Assembly (NCBI GenBank): GCA_040005235.1
Contig: JBDTZG010000009.1
Coordinates: forward strand, 32,001 to 96,000
From: Acidobacteriota bacterium
Lineage (GTDB): Bacteria > Acidobacteriota > Thermoanaerobaculia > Multivoradales > UBA5704
Direction of reading: 5' to 3'
DNA: 64,000 nt
This document shows, piece by piece, positions 10,901 through 32,680 of the stretch (positions within the stretch are counted from its first letter, which is position 1; each line of letters starts with the position of its first letter). The position numbers and the translations under genes were made by a program. The notes beneath the pieces were generated by a model. It did no database searches. It had not been told where the DNA came from and saw nothing but the letters and a program-made list of their open reading frames with translations.

Positions 10901-13650
10901 AGAAGGAGCAGCTCGCCGGCCTCCGAGCCGAGGTCGCGGCGGGTGGCGACGTAGGCCACCAGACGAGGGTTTCCGGCCTCGCCGCGAAGGGCGACCACGG
11001 CGTCCCGGACGCCGGGATGAAGACGTAGCGCCGCCTCGATCTCTCCCAGCTCGATCCGGAAACCGCGCACCTTCACCTGATGGTCGATGCGCCCCAGGTA
11101 CTCGACAGCTCCGTCGAGCCTCCGGCGGGCGAGGTCACCGGTCCGGTAGAGACGCTCCCCCGGCCGCTCCGCGAGGGGGTCGGGAACGAAGCGCTCGGCG
11201 GTCAGGTCGGGGCGTCCCAGGTAGCCGCGCGCCAGCCCGATGCCGGCGATCGCCACCTCGCCCGCCGCTCCGGCCGGGACCGGCCACAGCCCGGCGTCGT
11301 ACAGCGACACCCTGACGTTGTCGATCGGCCGGCCGATCGGCACCGGGCTCTCGCCGCTCTCCCGCCGAAGCGGCCAAAAGCTGGCGTCGATCGAGCTTTC
11401 GGTCGGTCCGTAGAGGTTGCACAAGGCGACGCCGGTGAGGAGCTCGAAGAACCGGTCCCGAAGATCGGCCGGCAGCGCCTCGCCACCGCAGTAGACCCGG
11501 CGCAGCGCGCTCAAGCTTGAGAGCCCCGGCTCTTCGAGAATCACCCGCAGCTGCGAGGGCACCCATTGCAGGACGGTGATCTCCTGCTCGGCGATCGCGC
11601 GGATCAGATAGGAGTTGTCTCGTTGGCCGTCGGGGCGGGCCAGGAACAGCCCGGCACCGGTCGCGAGCGGCAGAAAGATCTCCCAGATCGAGGCATCGAA
11701 AGTGAACGTCGTCTTCTGCAGAACCCGATCGTCCGCGGCGAGCGGGAAACGCCTCTGCATCCACAGCAGCCGATTGACGATCGCGGCGTGCGCGACCGCC
11801 ACCCCTTTGGGCCGCCCGGAAGAGCCCGAGGTATAGATGACATAGGCCAGATTCGCGGGATCGACGGCCCCGTTCCGGCCGCTCCGGCCACTTCGGCCGC
11901 CTCCTTGCGACAGGTCCACTCGATCGAGGTCGAGCACCTCGTTTCCGGCCCGGACCGAGAGTCGTGCCAGCCATTCCGAGCGGGTCAAGACGAGGCGAGG
12001 ATCGGCATCCTGCACCAGTTGGGCGAGACGCTCCTCGGGATGGCTTGGATCGAGGGGCAGATAAGCCGCCCCCGCACGCAGCGTACCGAGCAGCGCCACC
12101 ACCATCTCAAGCCCGCGCTCCAGGCAGATGCCGACCAACGTGTCCGGTCCGGCTCCGCGCGACCGCAGGATCTCGGCCAGGCGGACCGTCCGTCGATCCA
12201 GCTCGGCGTAGGTCAGGCTCGCTCCGTCGGCCTCCACCGCGATGCGCTCAGGGGTCCGCTCGGCCTGGGCGGCAAACAGCCCCGGCAGAGTCTCCGCCGA
12301 GGGCTCGACCGAAGTGTCGTTCAGCTCCCGGACCAGGCGGTGCCGCTCCACTTCGCCGACCAGGGCGAGATCGCCGATCAGAGCGCCGGGCGCGGCGGCA
12401 ACGCTGATCAGAAGGGCTTCGAGCTGCAGCGCCCAACGCCGAACTTCGACGAGCGAGAAGACCGCGGCATCGAAAGCGAAGCGGAGCGCCAGGGAGTCGC
12501 CGCCAGCCCGGCACGAGAGCTTGAGGCGGAACGGTTCGCTCCACGCCTGGCGGGCGACCACCGTGAACGTGACTCCAGAAACTTCCTCCGCAGGCCCGAA
12601 CGGCTTCTCCATCTCAAAGCCGTAGGTCTGAACGAGCTCCTGCGGGTTCTCGTCGCGCGCCGCGAGGGCCTGCCAATCGAGAAACCGTTGCATCTCGAAG
12701 GCGACGCCAAGGGTTCGCCGAACCTGCCGCAAAACACTCTGCAAGGTGCCGGAGCTTTCCAGCCGCCAGGCCAGGGGCAGGAACCGCACCAGAGGTCCCA
12801 CCGTGGCGGCCAGCTCCTGGTAGTCGCGACCGTCGAAGGCCACCCCCACCGACAGATCCTGCCGATCGACCAGGCGGCCCAGGAAGACGACCCAGCAGGC
12901 CAGGAGCAGATCGGACAGCTCCGCCCCTTCCGCCTGCGCGATCGAGCGCAGCTTCGCGAGCGCCGGAGCCCCGAGCGCAAAGTCGAACTCCTGCGGCAGG
13001 AAGCGGCCTTTCCCCGCCTCGGCCCCGGGAGGAAACGGCGCCTCGATCACCGACGTCCGTTCGAACCAATATCCCCGTTCCGCGAGGGTCTCTTCCCCTT
13101 CGAGCAGGCTGTTCTGCCAGGTCGAAAGATCAGCGTACTGGACCGGCGGCTCCGCCTCCGGATCGAGCGCGCCCGCCCCACGATACGAACCGACGATCTC
13201 CCGCACCAGGTTGTCCAGGCCCGCCAGGTCCGAGCAGAGCGCCGGCAAGGCGAGCCGGAGCAGGCGCTCCCCAGGCTCCACTCCGATCGACGAGACCCGT
13301 AGGACCGGGCCGTCCTCCAGGTCGAACGGCAGCGCCTCCTGCGTCCGGAGCCACTCAGCGAGCTTCGCGCTCCGCTCCTGCGGCGTCCGATCCGCCCGGG
13401 GCTCGGTCACGACCTGGAGCGGCCAGGACATCCCGGGCAGCGAGCGGAAGACCGTGCGCAAGATCTCGTGCCGTTCGACGGTGCTCTGGATCGCCGCCGC
13501 GAGCCGTTCCTCGTCGAGCGCTCCCGCGACGCGAACCAAGACCTGCGCGCTCCCCAACCCTGCGCGCCAAGCCCAGGCCCTCGCCTGCTGAGGCGAGAGG
13601 GAAAAGCCGTGCAAGGTCGGCTGCATTGCGGTTTCGATCTCTGTGATCAT
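4951..13650 (-). CDS. NRPS: I - A(Gln-like; FkbM-MT inserted) - T - C - A(Asn) - T - C
   Basis: 2899 aa. N-terminal GFSLSPQQARAW...LPALCSD (no HHxxxDG); A1 code DAWQYGLID; [22 protein letters not shown] at about 10160-10910; T GGHSL; C HHIVSDGWS; A2 code DLTKIGEVG; T GGHSM; terminal C HHIVTDAWS. AGAGGA RBS upstream. Confidence 0.95.
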   Translation of the reverse strand: MITEIETAMQPTLHGFSLSPQQARAWAWRAGLGSAQVLVRVAGALDEERLAAAIQSTVERHEILRTVFRSLPGMSWPLQVVTEPRADRTPQERSAKLAEWLRTQEALPFDLEDGPVLRVSSIGVEPGERLLRLALPALCSDLAGLDNLVREIVGSYRGAGALDPEAEPPVQYADLSTWQNSLLEGEETLAERGYWFERTSVIEAPFPPGAEAGKGRFLPQEFDFALGAPALAKLRSIAQAEGAELSDLLLACWVVFLGRLVDRQDLSVGVAFDGRDYQELAATVGPLVRFLPLAWRLESSGTLQSVLRQVRRTLGVAFEMQRFLDWQALAARDENPQELVQTYGFEMEKPFGPAEEVSGVTFTVVARQAWSEPFRLKLSCRAGGDSLALRFAFDAAVFSLVEVRRWALQLEALLISVAAAPGALIGDLALVGEVERHRLVRELNDTSVEPSAETLPGLFAAQAERTPERIAVEADGASLTYAELDRRTVRLAEILRSRGAGPDTLVGICLERGLEMVVALLGTLRAGAAYLPLDPSHPEERLAQLVQDADPRLVLTRSEWLARLSVRAGNEVLDLDRVDLSQGGGRSGRSGRNGAVDPANLAYVIYTSGSSGRPKGVAVAHAAIVNRLLWMQRRFPLAADDRVLQKTTFTFDASIWEIFLPLATGAGLFLARPDGQRDNSYLIRAIAEQEITVLQWVPSQLRVILEEPGLSSLSALRRVYCGGEALPADLRDRFFELLTGVALCNLYGPTESSIDASFWPLRRESGESPVPIGRPIDNVRVSLYDAGLWPVPAGAAGEVAIAGIGLARGYLGRPDLTAERFVPDPLAERPGERLYRTGDLARRRLDGAVEYLGRIDHQVKVRGFRIELGEIEAALRLHPGVRDAVVALRGEAGNPRLVAYVATRRDLGSEAGELLLLPNGMEIAHLNRNEAVLIFREIFEDEVYLRHGVNLADGDCVFDVGANIGLFTLFAHQRAKNPKVFAFEPVPAVFKRLESNVGLYGLEAKLFNCGLADAPREAVFTFYPRWSAMSGLYADLAEDERVARASLESQDADLARYADELLSGRFEAESFSVPLRTVSDVLVEEGLARIDLLKIDVEKSELDVLCGIRAEDWPKIGQIVVELHAADGRLEAVETLLRDQGYTVVAEEDARFRGAGLFNVYAVRPAWFERRAGRRTAENGLLERREATPTTLRGFLDKKLPAPMIPSTFVLLDALPRTASGKIDRSALPEPDAAPPDEESFDRPYTPVEELVAGIWCEVLGLERIRVDGNFFLLGGHSLLLTQVISRLRETFRVDLPLRTLFESPTIAETAQRVEHEMRVQEGLPLPPLVASPRDGELPLSFPQQRLWLLDQMDPGNLAYVIPGAFRLTGALNVAALRDSFTAIVARHESLRTTFHAGRETPIQVVEQAAPMALPLIDLARLARREREREGARRWTEASSWSFDLRQGPLLRLSLLRLGEREHVLSASMHHIVSDGWSFGILIRELGEIYSALAAGAKPRLPDLPIQYPDFAVWQRRGLAGENLEAMLGFWRSRLAGARSTLDLPIDRPRPPGRTMRGATEVARLEPAAVAALYALTRADRATLFMVLLAGFQTLLYRYTGQEDLTVGSPIAGRNRPEIEPLIGFFVNTLVFRADLVGNPSFHEQLRRTREAALAAYAHPDLPFEKLVEELQPEGVASPSPLFSAWLALQNVPAFAIQLPGLTLEPIEVATGTAKFDLHLALVEDSYGALTCALEYATDLFDRTTILRLLTHFGNLLRQIGADPGRRISELPLARGAELHQLRSEWNDTSRPGPATAGTLLARLSAVAAADPAAVALIFENRRMSFAELHSRAVRLASYLRAQGVGPEARVGVFFERTPELLVALFGILGAGASFVPLEPDYPAERLAYMITDSGAAWLLTNERLASRLPQGGTTAPQLLCLDADWDRIAGLPVAAERVDAADAGEHLAYVLYTSGSTGRPKGVMIPRRGLDNYLRWAGEAYRAAEGAGAPAYSPIGFDLTLTSLLLPLLAGRPVTLLAGSPVGGELAKVFLGKPDFGLVKLTPAHLDVLRQQLGGDERAGATRVLIVGGEALHGGSLAEWRRDAPETRLINEYGPTETVVGCAVHEIPGDDALAGPVPIGRPIDRTELYVLEPGGGLAPVGIAGELAVGGEGLARGYLGRPALTAAAFVPHPHGRQPGARLYRTGDLARRRPDGVLDFLGRFDTQVKVRGFRIELGEIEAVLVRHPALLEVAVVVRDEGADASLAAFVVARPGIDLEALPGKLRDFLRLDLPEHMVPSSVVGVESLPLTANGKVDRKILKSWTSAAVGVGAVEAVEAAGVAEPRTDLERTLVGLWRDLLKRPEIGIDDNFFELGGHSMHAVRLVARIRKALGSELMPGDLLDHPTVAKLASHLESRIAAAVAEAPPIRPAARDRDLPLSFAQQRLWLVDRLDPSAAYNSPSALRLVGRLDLPVVARTLGEVVRRHEVLRTRFPEIDGRPVQRIAPAAALCVPVVDLASLPAGSGESEVRRSFDDGARRIFDLSRGPLLRCRLLRLGGQEHVLLFTLHHIVTDAWSSGVFIREVAALYEAFSQGLPSPLGEPPIQYADYASWQREWLQGAALSAQLLYWKQQLAGDPPVIDLAAVLPRPTETTETPEKVGVRRSFVLPEDLAARLRDLSRTEGVTLFMTLLAGFQALLSRLTGVEDVVVGTATAGRDRLETEGLIGFFVNLLAMRTDLSGNPKFRELLARARTTALGAYAHQELPFDLLVQELRPGRELLQTPFLRIAFSLNNVPLEDLALPGLRLTMLEPEPETARFDLTVWVREADLGLTLDWTWRSELFDLASIESLERRFEALLSDAVERPDARLSSLETRTAAERAEQGAEEKRREAEKMDRFKPKRATPAVEARPAGREEPEQ

Positions 13651-13656
13651 CGTCCT

Positions 13657-26896
<13,240 letters not shown>

Positions 26897-26907
<11 letters not shown>

Positions 26908-28579
26908 GAGCCCCGGCGACCGCAGCCCATTCGTGGCGCGTTAGGTCCGACTCGACCTGACCGAAGTCGAGCTTGATGATGCGGTCCGCGATCTGGAAAT
27001 AGCGATCATCATGAGAAATGACGAAAACCGTCTTGCCCCGCCGTTGCAGGCCTGGAAGCAGCTCAGTGTAGAAAACCTCCTTGAAGAATGGGTCTTGATC
27101 CGCGGCCCACTCATCGAATAGATAAAGGGGGCGATCCTCAAGATAGGCGGTCAAGAGTGCCAATCGCTTGCGTTGGCCCTGAGAAAGCTCGACCGTGGAC
27201 AGGCGCCCTTCCTCGACACGAACTTTTGACTCAAGCTTGAGCAGCTCAATGTAGTGCTGAGCATCGCCGGCAAATGACTCCGACCGCGTCAAGCCCAGGA
27301 ATTCCTCAAAGAGGAAGAAATCGGAAAAGACGGCTGAAAACCGCTCTCGGTACTGCTCGCGGCTCTCGTCTGTCACCTTCACGCCACCGATCGTGATACT
27401 GCCCGCCTCGGGGGAATACAGACCGAGGAGCAGCTTTGCAAGCGTGGTCTTCCCGCTGCCGTTGCCACCTACGATAAACACCAATTCGCCCCGGCGGAAC
27501 TTGAGATCCAGCGGCCCGAGGAGAAAGCTCTCGTCGTTTTCCCGCCGGTAGGTGTGACTCACTCCTTCCAGGTCGAGGGACTGCCAGAGGGGGTCGTCCA
27601 CCACACTTTGCGCTGCGGGCGCAGACTCCGACTTCAAAGAGAAGCCGAGCGCCTCGACCTTCCGTGTTGCGACGCTGGCACGCGAAAGGTTCGGGAACGC
27701 GTTGAGAAGCACTTCGAGCGGCACCATCAGTTGGAAGAGAATGATGGTGTAGCCCGAAAGGACCTTGGTGCCCAGTGGCTGAAATCGCGGCATCACCAGC
27801 ACCACCGCGCCGATCACCAAGAAGAACATCACTTGCCCCCAGCTTGACGTTGCGGCGAGCAGGACCTGACCCGAGCGATTCTCCTTCAAGAGAGCCGCGG
27901 TGCTCTCTTTGACCGAACCCAGGAAGGCGAGGCGGCGTTCCCGATGCATCTTCAACTCTTTCATCCCCTCCACCATCGAGCGGACCTGCCCCAAGACCTC
28001 GTCCAACCGATGGCGAGAGCGGGTGAAGTAGACAAATGCCTTTCTCACTGCGAGCTGATAGCTGCCAATCCCGATCACCACGACTACCATCAACTGAATC
28101 AAGACTCGCCAATCAAGCCATCCCAAATAGGCGAAGCAACTCATCACTACGGTGAAATGCATTATCAACACCGGCACGATACTCAGCGTATCGACAATCG
28201 TGCCGATGTCAACGGCAAGAGTGGCGAGTAGTTTCGCCGAACCAATCGTCTCAATTTGCCGCAGCGGCGCTTCGAGCACCCGGCGGGAATAGCGCATGCG
28301 CAGTTCGAGCAGGGCACTCTGAGACATTTTGATCAGCATAAGTTGTGCAACAAAACGCGCGACCGGCAATCCTATACAGAGAGCCGCAAAACTGAATACC
28401 AGCTTTAGCGGAGCGCTGCCCCCAGCCGAAATAATCGAATTGATCAGCGCGATCATCCCGGTAGCGGCGAGACCGCTGGCGGTCCCCGCGACTACGACCA
28501 GGAAGAGCGACAGCCGCAAATTCGGGATCTGCCCCGAGAGTCGCAGGACGAACTTCAAGAGCTGAGTTAGATCCCGCAT
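26897..28579 (-). CDS. Cyclic/lipopeptide export ABC transporter (SyrD/PvdE/YojI family), fused TMD-ATPase
   Basis: 560 aa; hydrophobic N-half; Walker A GGNGSGKTT; signature LSQGQRKRL; family hallmark FDEWAADQDP; ISHDD. Confidence 0.93.
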
Positions 28580-28900
28580 CAGGGATGCCCAGATGCAAAT
28601 CGATAGGACACCGCAACCTGGATCGTCATGAGCTACCCGAATTTCTTGTCGCCACTGGACCTGACGGTGGGATCGACCTCAACTTCGGAATCTCACTTTT
28701 CGCATGGGTCCTCAAGAGATCTTCATTAGAGACAACGGTCGATCAATAGTTCTTTGCTCGCTTGCCCAAAGGGCCGCTTGGCACATGAACCATCTTTGCC
28801 TGCGACTAAAGTGGATGTGCCTAGGCCGTCGCAAAGCGGGACAGGGACTCCCGGGGGACTAAGGCGCCGTCAAGTGCGCCGCCTAAGGCTTTGATTCGAT

Positions 28901-28976
28901 TGGTGGGCGGTCAGGGGATCGAACCCTGGACCCACGGATTAAAAGTCCGTTGCTCTACCAGCTGAGCTAACCGCCC
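28901..28976 (-). tRNA. tRNA-Lys (anticodon UUU)
   Basis: GGGCGGTTAGCTCAGCTGGTAGAGCAACGGACTTTTAATCCGTGGGTCCAGGGTTCGATCCCCTGACCGCCCACCA: 76 nt cloverleaf, anticodon stem ACGGA/TCCGT, TTC loop, encoded CCA. Confidence 0.97.
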
Positions 28977-29001
28977 GAAAGGCAGGAACTGCGAAGCGCG
29001 G

Positions 29002-29030
29002 AGTATAGAGGATGGTGGCCGGCCCGTCGA
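29002..29030 (-). promoter_or_regulatory. Putative sigma70 promoter for tRNA-Lys
   Basis: Minus strand TCGACG - 17 nt - TATACT, with the -10 element 25 nt upstream of the tRNA 5' end. Confidence 0.55.
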
Positions 29031-29035
29031 AGTCT

Positions 29036-30367
29036 TTAGCGTTCGGCGAGGACTTGGGGCAGGCGTTGGCTGGTCAGGCGCTGGAGCGCCGGGTGGTTGC
29101 GGAGAATAGTCTCTTCGCGGCGCGGGCCGGTCGAGGTGAGGACGATCGGCGTGCCCAGCTCTTGCTCGATCAGGTCTACGTAGTCGCGGGCCGCTTGCGG
29201 TAGGTCGGCGTGCTCCAGGGTGCCGACGGTCGAGGCCTTCCAGCCTGGGACGGTGCGGTAGACCGGCTCCGCGCTCTCCAGCAGGTGGCGCTCGGCGGGG
29301 AGGGTTTTGACCACTTCGCCGCGGACGCGGTAGCCGGTACAGATCGGGATTTCGGCCAGGGTGTCGAGCACGTCGAGCTTGGTGAGCGCGATGCCGTCGA
29401 TGCCGTTCAGGATCTTGGCGTAGCGGGCGACCACGAGGTCGAGCCAGCCGCAGCGGCGGGGGCGGCCGGTGGTGGTGCCGAACTCGTTGCCCCGTTGGCG
29501 CAGGTACTCCCCCTCCTCGCCGGCCAGCTCGGTCGGGAACGGTCCTTCGCCCACGCGGGTGGTGTAGGCCTTGAGCACGCCCATCGCGCCGTGGATGCGG
29601 GTGGGGGGCACTCCCGTGCCGGTCGCCGCTCCGCCGGCGGTCGAATTCGAGCTGGTGACGAACGGGTAGGTGCCGTGGTCGACATCGAGCATGGTCCCTT
29701 GCGCCCCTTCGAACAGCAGGCACTTGCCGGCATCGATCCACTCGTTCAAGAGGACGGCGGTGTCCGTGATGCACGGACGCAGGCGCTCGGCCCAGGCGCG
29801 GCACTGGTCGGCGAGCTGGCCGGGCCCGGGGAGCGGATCGCCGCCCAGTTCGGTCAGCTCGACCTGGATGTGCGCGAGCTCGGCGCGCAGGCGATCTTCG
29901 AGGTCGGGCGCCGAGAGGTCGGCGACCCGGATGCCGATGCGCGCCGCCTTTCCTTCGTAGGCCGGGCCGATGCCGCGGGAGGTGGTACCGATCTTTTCTC
30001 GTCCTCGCGCGCTCTCGCGCGCCTTGTCGAGCGCGGCATGGGGCGGCAGCAGAAGGTGGGCGCGGTTCGAGACGAACAGGCGGCCGTCGAACCGGACCCC
30101 CGCCTCGTAGAGCTTCGCCAGCTCGGAGAGGAAGGCGTCCGGAGCGAGCACCATGCCGTTGCCCAAGGCGCACAGCATGCCCGGATGGAGCACGCCGGAC
30201 GGCACCAGATGGAGCGAGAAATGTTGGTCGCGAAACTTGACGGTATGGCCGGCGTTGTGCCCGCCCTGGTAGCGGACCACGGCATCGAACGCCGGGCAGA
30301 GCAGATCGACGATCTTGCCCTTGCCCTCGTCCCCCCATTGCATGCCGACGATCACCATGTTCGCCAT
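29036..30367 (-). CDS. purA: Adenylosuccinate synthetase
   Basis: MANMVIVGMQWGDEGKGK, QGGHNAGHT, EGAQG, GTYPFVTSS, GTTTGRPRRCGW; start trimmed to ATG 30367. Confidence 0.97.
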   Translation of the reverse strand: MANMVIVGMQWGDEGKGKIVDLLCPAFDAVVRYQGGHNAGHTVKFRDQHFSLHLVPSGVLHPGMLCALGNGMVLAPDAFLSELAKLYEAGVRFDGRLFVSNRAHLLLPPHAALDKARESARGREKIGTTSRGIGPAYEGKAARIGIRVADLSAPDLEDRLRAELAHIQVELTELGGDPLPGPGQLADQCRAWAERLRPCITDTAVLLNEWIDAGKCLLFEGAQGTMLDVDHGTYPFVTSSNSTAGGAATGTGVPPTRIHGAMGVLKAYTTRVGEGPFPTELAGEEGEYLRQRGNEFGTTTGRPRRCGWLDLVVARYAKILNGIDGIALTKLDVLDTLAEIPICTGYRVRGEVVKTLPAERHLLESAEPVYRTVPGWKASTVGTLEHADLPQAARDYVDLIEQELGTPIVLTSTGPRREETILRNHPALQRLTSQRLPQVLAER

Positions 30368-30542
30368 CAGCCGAACCTCGATGGAAAAGCACCGGGCCGG
30401 ACCCATCCCGGCGCCGCTAACGGAAGCGGGTGAGGCTAGCAGATGGAGCCGAGAGCGACAAGGCAGGCCGGCGGGCGGGCCGAGGCGGCCCGCCCGCACG
30501 CGCGGCGCGGAGAGGGCGGAGGGAATGCTACGATCCGCCCCA

Positions 30543-31367
30543 ATGGAGACCTTCCTTTCCGTCGGTGTGGTTCTGCTGCCTCTGGCCTACCTGGTGGTGG
30601 TGGCGGCGTACGGTTTCCTGTTCTTTTCCGGCGCCGCCAACGAGCGCCGCTGGGCGACGCCGGCCCTCCTCGGCACGCTCGCCTTTCACCTGCTCTATCT
30701 CGTCGTCCTGGCCTATCGCTGGCACCAGTTCCCGGCAGCGACGGTGGCCCAGGCGTTGTCGATCATCGCGTTCTCGATCGCCGGGGTCTATGCCCTGGTC
30801 GAGTGGCTCGGGCGCGATCGTTCGACCGGATTCTGGCTGGTCGGTCTGGTCTTCTTCTTCCAGCTCTTTTCGTCTCTCTTGGGTCGGCCGGTCCCCCCCG
30901 ACCTCGCTCGATTCAAGATCGGCGTGATCGCGATCCACATCTCGCTCGCCCTGCTCGGCTATACCGCGTTCGCCATCGCCGCGGGTTACGCGTTCCTGTT
31001 CCTCCAGCTCTATCGCGACTTGAAGGGGGGCCGCTTCTCGACCTTCTTCGGCAAGCTCCCGCCGCTCGAAGCGCTCGAACGGATGATGCTCGGCGCGCTG
31101 GTGACCGGATTCGTCTGTCTGAGCGGCGCGGTGTTCACCGGCATTCTGTTCGCGCAGCGGGAGTTTCCGGCGGTCTGGCATCACGATCCGAAGATCATCG
31201 CGACCGCCGCGATCTGGCTGCTCTATGGCGTCGCTCTCGCGCTGCATCGGCTGCGCCGCTGGCAGGGCAAGCAGACCGCGATCGTGGCGCTCACTGGTCT
31301 CGGCGCGATTCTGTTCTCCTTGTTCGCGGTCAACTTCTTCTTCACCGACTTCCACGGGTTCCTCTGA
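30543..31367 (+). CDS. Cytochrome c assembly (CcsA/HemX-like) membrane protein
   Basis: About 8 hydrophobic segments; H..LALLGY, LPPLE.LE, W..DPK motif; directly upstream of hemA. Start trimmed to ATG 30543. Confidence 0.85.
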   Translation: METFLSVGVVLLPLAYLVVVAAYGFLFFSGAANERRWATPALLGTLAFHLLYLVVLAYRWHQFPAATVAQALSIIAFSIAGVYALVEWLGRDRSTGFWLVGLVFFFQLFSSLLGRPVPPDLARFKIGVIAIHISLALLGYTAFAIAAGYAFLFLQLYRDLKGGRFSTFFGKLPPLEALERMMLGALVTGFVCLSGAVFTGILFAQREFPAVWHHDPKIIATAAIWLLYGVALALHRLRRWQGKQTAIVALTGLGAILFSLFAVNFFFTDFHGFL

Positions 31368-31369
31368 GC

Positions 31370-32680
31370 ATGGCGCGACCCGACGGCCCTCCCCTGCTGC
31401 TGGTCGGAACGGATTACCGGCTCGCGCCGCTGGATCTGCGCGAGCGGGTGGCGCTCTCGCCGGCAGAGACCGAGGAGCTGCTGGTCGCCCTGCTCGCCCG
31501 GCCGGCGATCGGCGAGGCGTTTGCGCTCTCGACCTGCAACCGGACCGAGGTCTATCTTTCGCCGCGCGACGAACGCGACGAGGAGACCGCCTATCGCGAG
31601 TTGCTCGATCTACTGTTTCTCGCCCGGGCGCCGGAGCTGGGTCAGCCAGGCCGCCTGTACGTTCAGCGCAATAAAGAAGCGGCGCACCACCTGCTCTCGG
31701 TCGCCTCCGGGCTCGAATCGATGGTGCTCGGCGAGCCGGAAATCCTCGGTCAGGTGAAGCAGGCCGCGGGGATCGCCGAGCAGGTGGGATCCGGCGGCCC
31801 GGTGATGCAGCACCTGCTGCGTGCCGCGATCGAGGCGGGCGGCAGGGCACGGCGCGATACCGGCATCGCGAGCGGCGCTGTCTCCCTCGGCTACGCGACC
31901 GTCGAGCTGGCGAAGAACATCTTCCGCGACCTGGAGCAGTGCCGCGTGCTGATCCTCGGTGCCGGCGAGACCGCAAAGCTGGTGGCGCGCAACCTGCTCG
32001 AACGGGGCGCCCGGAAGCTCACGGTCGCGAACCGGACGCCGGAGCGGCTCGAAGCACTGCGCCGCGAGCTGCCGACGATCGAGACCCTGCCGTTCGACCA
32101 GCGGGTGGCGGCGCTCGCCGGAGCCGACCTGATCGTCGTCGCGACCGGCGCGGACGAGCCGGTGCTCACCCGCCGCGATCTCGCCGCGGCAATGGACGAG
32201 CGCGACGGCCGGCCGCTGCTGGTGGTCGACCTCGGCGTGCCGAGGAACGTCGATCCGGGAGCGGCGAAGATCGGCAACCTGTTCCTCCATACGATCGATT
32301 CGCTCCAGAACCTGATCGAGCGCAACCTCAAAAAGCGGCGGGAAGAAGTACCGAAGGTCGAGGAGTTGCTCGGCCGCGAGCTCGACCGGTTCTTCTCCTG
32401 GTACAAAGGCTTGGACGCCGAGCCGATCGTCGCGGAGCTGCAACGGCAGGCCGAAGAGATTCGCAAACGCGAGCTGGCCGCGGCCTATGCGCGGTTCCCG
32501 GCCGAGACCCATGGCGACCTCGATCGCCTGACTCGCTCGCTGGTCAAGAAGATCCTCCACCACCCCAGCGCCCGGCTGCGCGACGCCGAGGGTGAAAACA
32601 CCGCCGCTCGCCTGGCGATCGCGCGCGACCTGTTCCGCCTCGATTCCCGCACCGACATCCCCGGCGAAAACGAGGAATGA
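31370..32680 (+). CDS. hemA: Glutamyl-tRNA reductase
   Basis: LSTCNRTE, VASGLESMVLGEPEILGQVK, GAGETA, VDLGVPRNVD; start trimmed to ATG 31370. Confidence 0.96.
   Translation: MARPDGPPLLLVGTDYRLAPLDLRERVALSPAETEELLVALLARPAIGEAFALSTCNRTEVYLSPRDERDEETAYRELLDLLFLARAPELGQPGRLYVQRNKEAAHHLLSVASGLESMVLGEPEILGQVKQAAGIAEQVGSGGPVMQHLLRAAIEAGGRARRDTGIASGAVSLGYATVELAKNIFRDLEQCRVLILGAGETAKLVARNLLERGARKLTVANRTPERLEALRRELPTIETLPFDQRVAALAGADLIVVATGADEPVLTRRDLAAAMDERDGRPLLVVDLGVPRNVDPGAAKIGNLFLHTIDSLQNLIERNLKKRREEVPKVEELLGRELDRFFSWYKGLDAEPIVAELQRQAEEIRKRELAAAYARFPAETHGDLDRLTRSLVKKILHHPSARLRDAEGENTAARLAIARDLFRLDSRTDIPGENEE

Noticed and set aside
28669-28720. Tiny ORF MRKVRFRS upstream of the exporter as a leader peptide
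   Set aside because: The SD-ATG spacing is only 3 nt and no attenuator structure is evident.
28745-28805. GGCAAA...GCAAAG on the minus strand, reminiscent of a c-di-GMP-I riboswitch
   Set aside because: No GNRA-capped P2 stem or correct spacing could be built.
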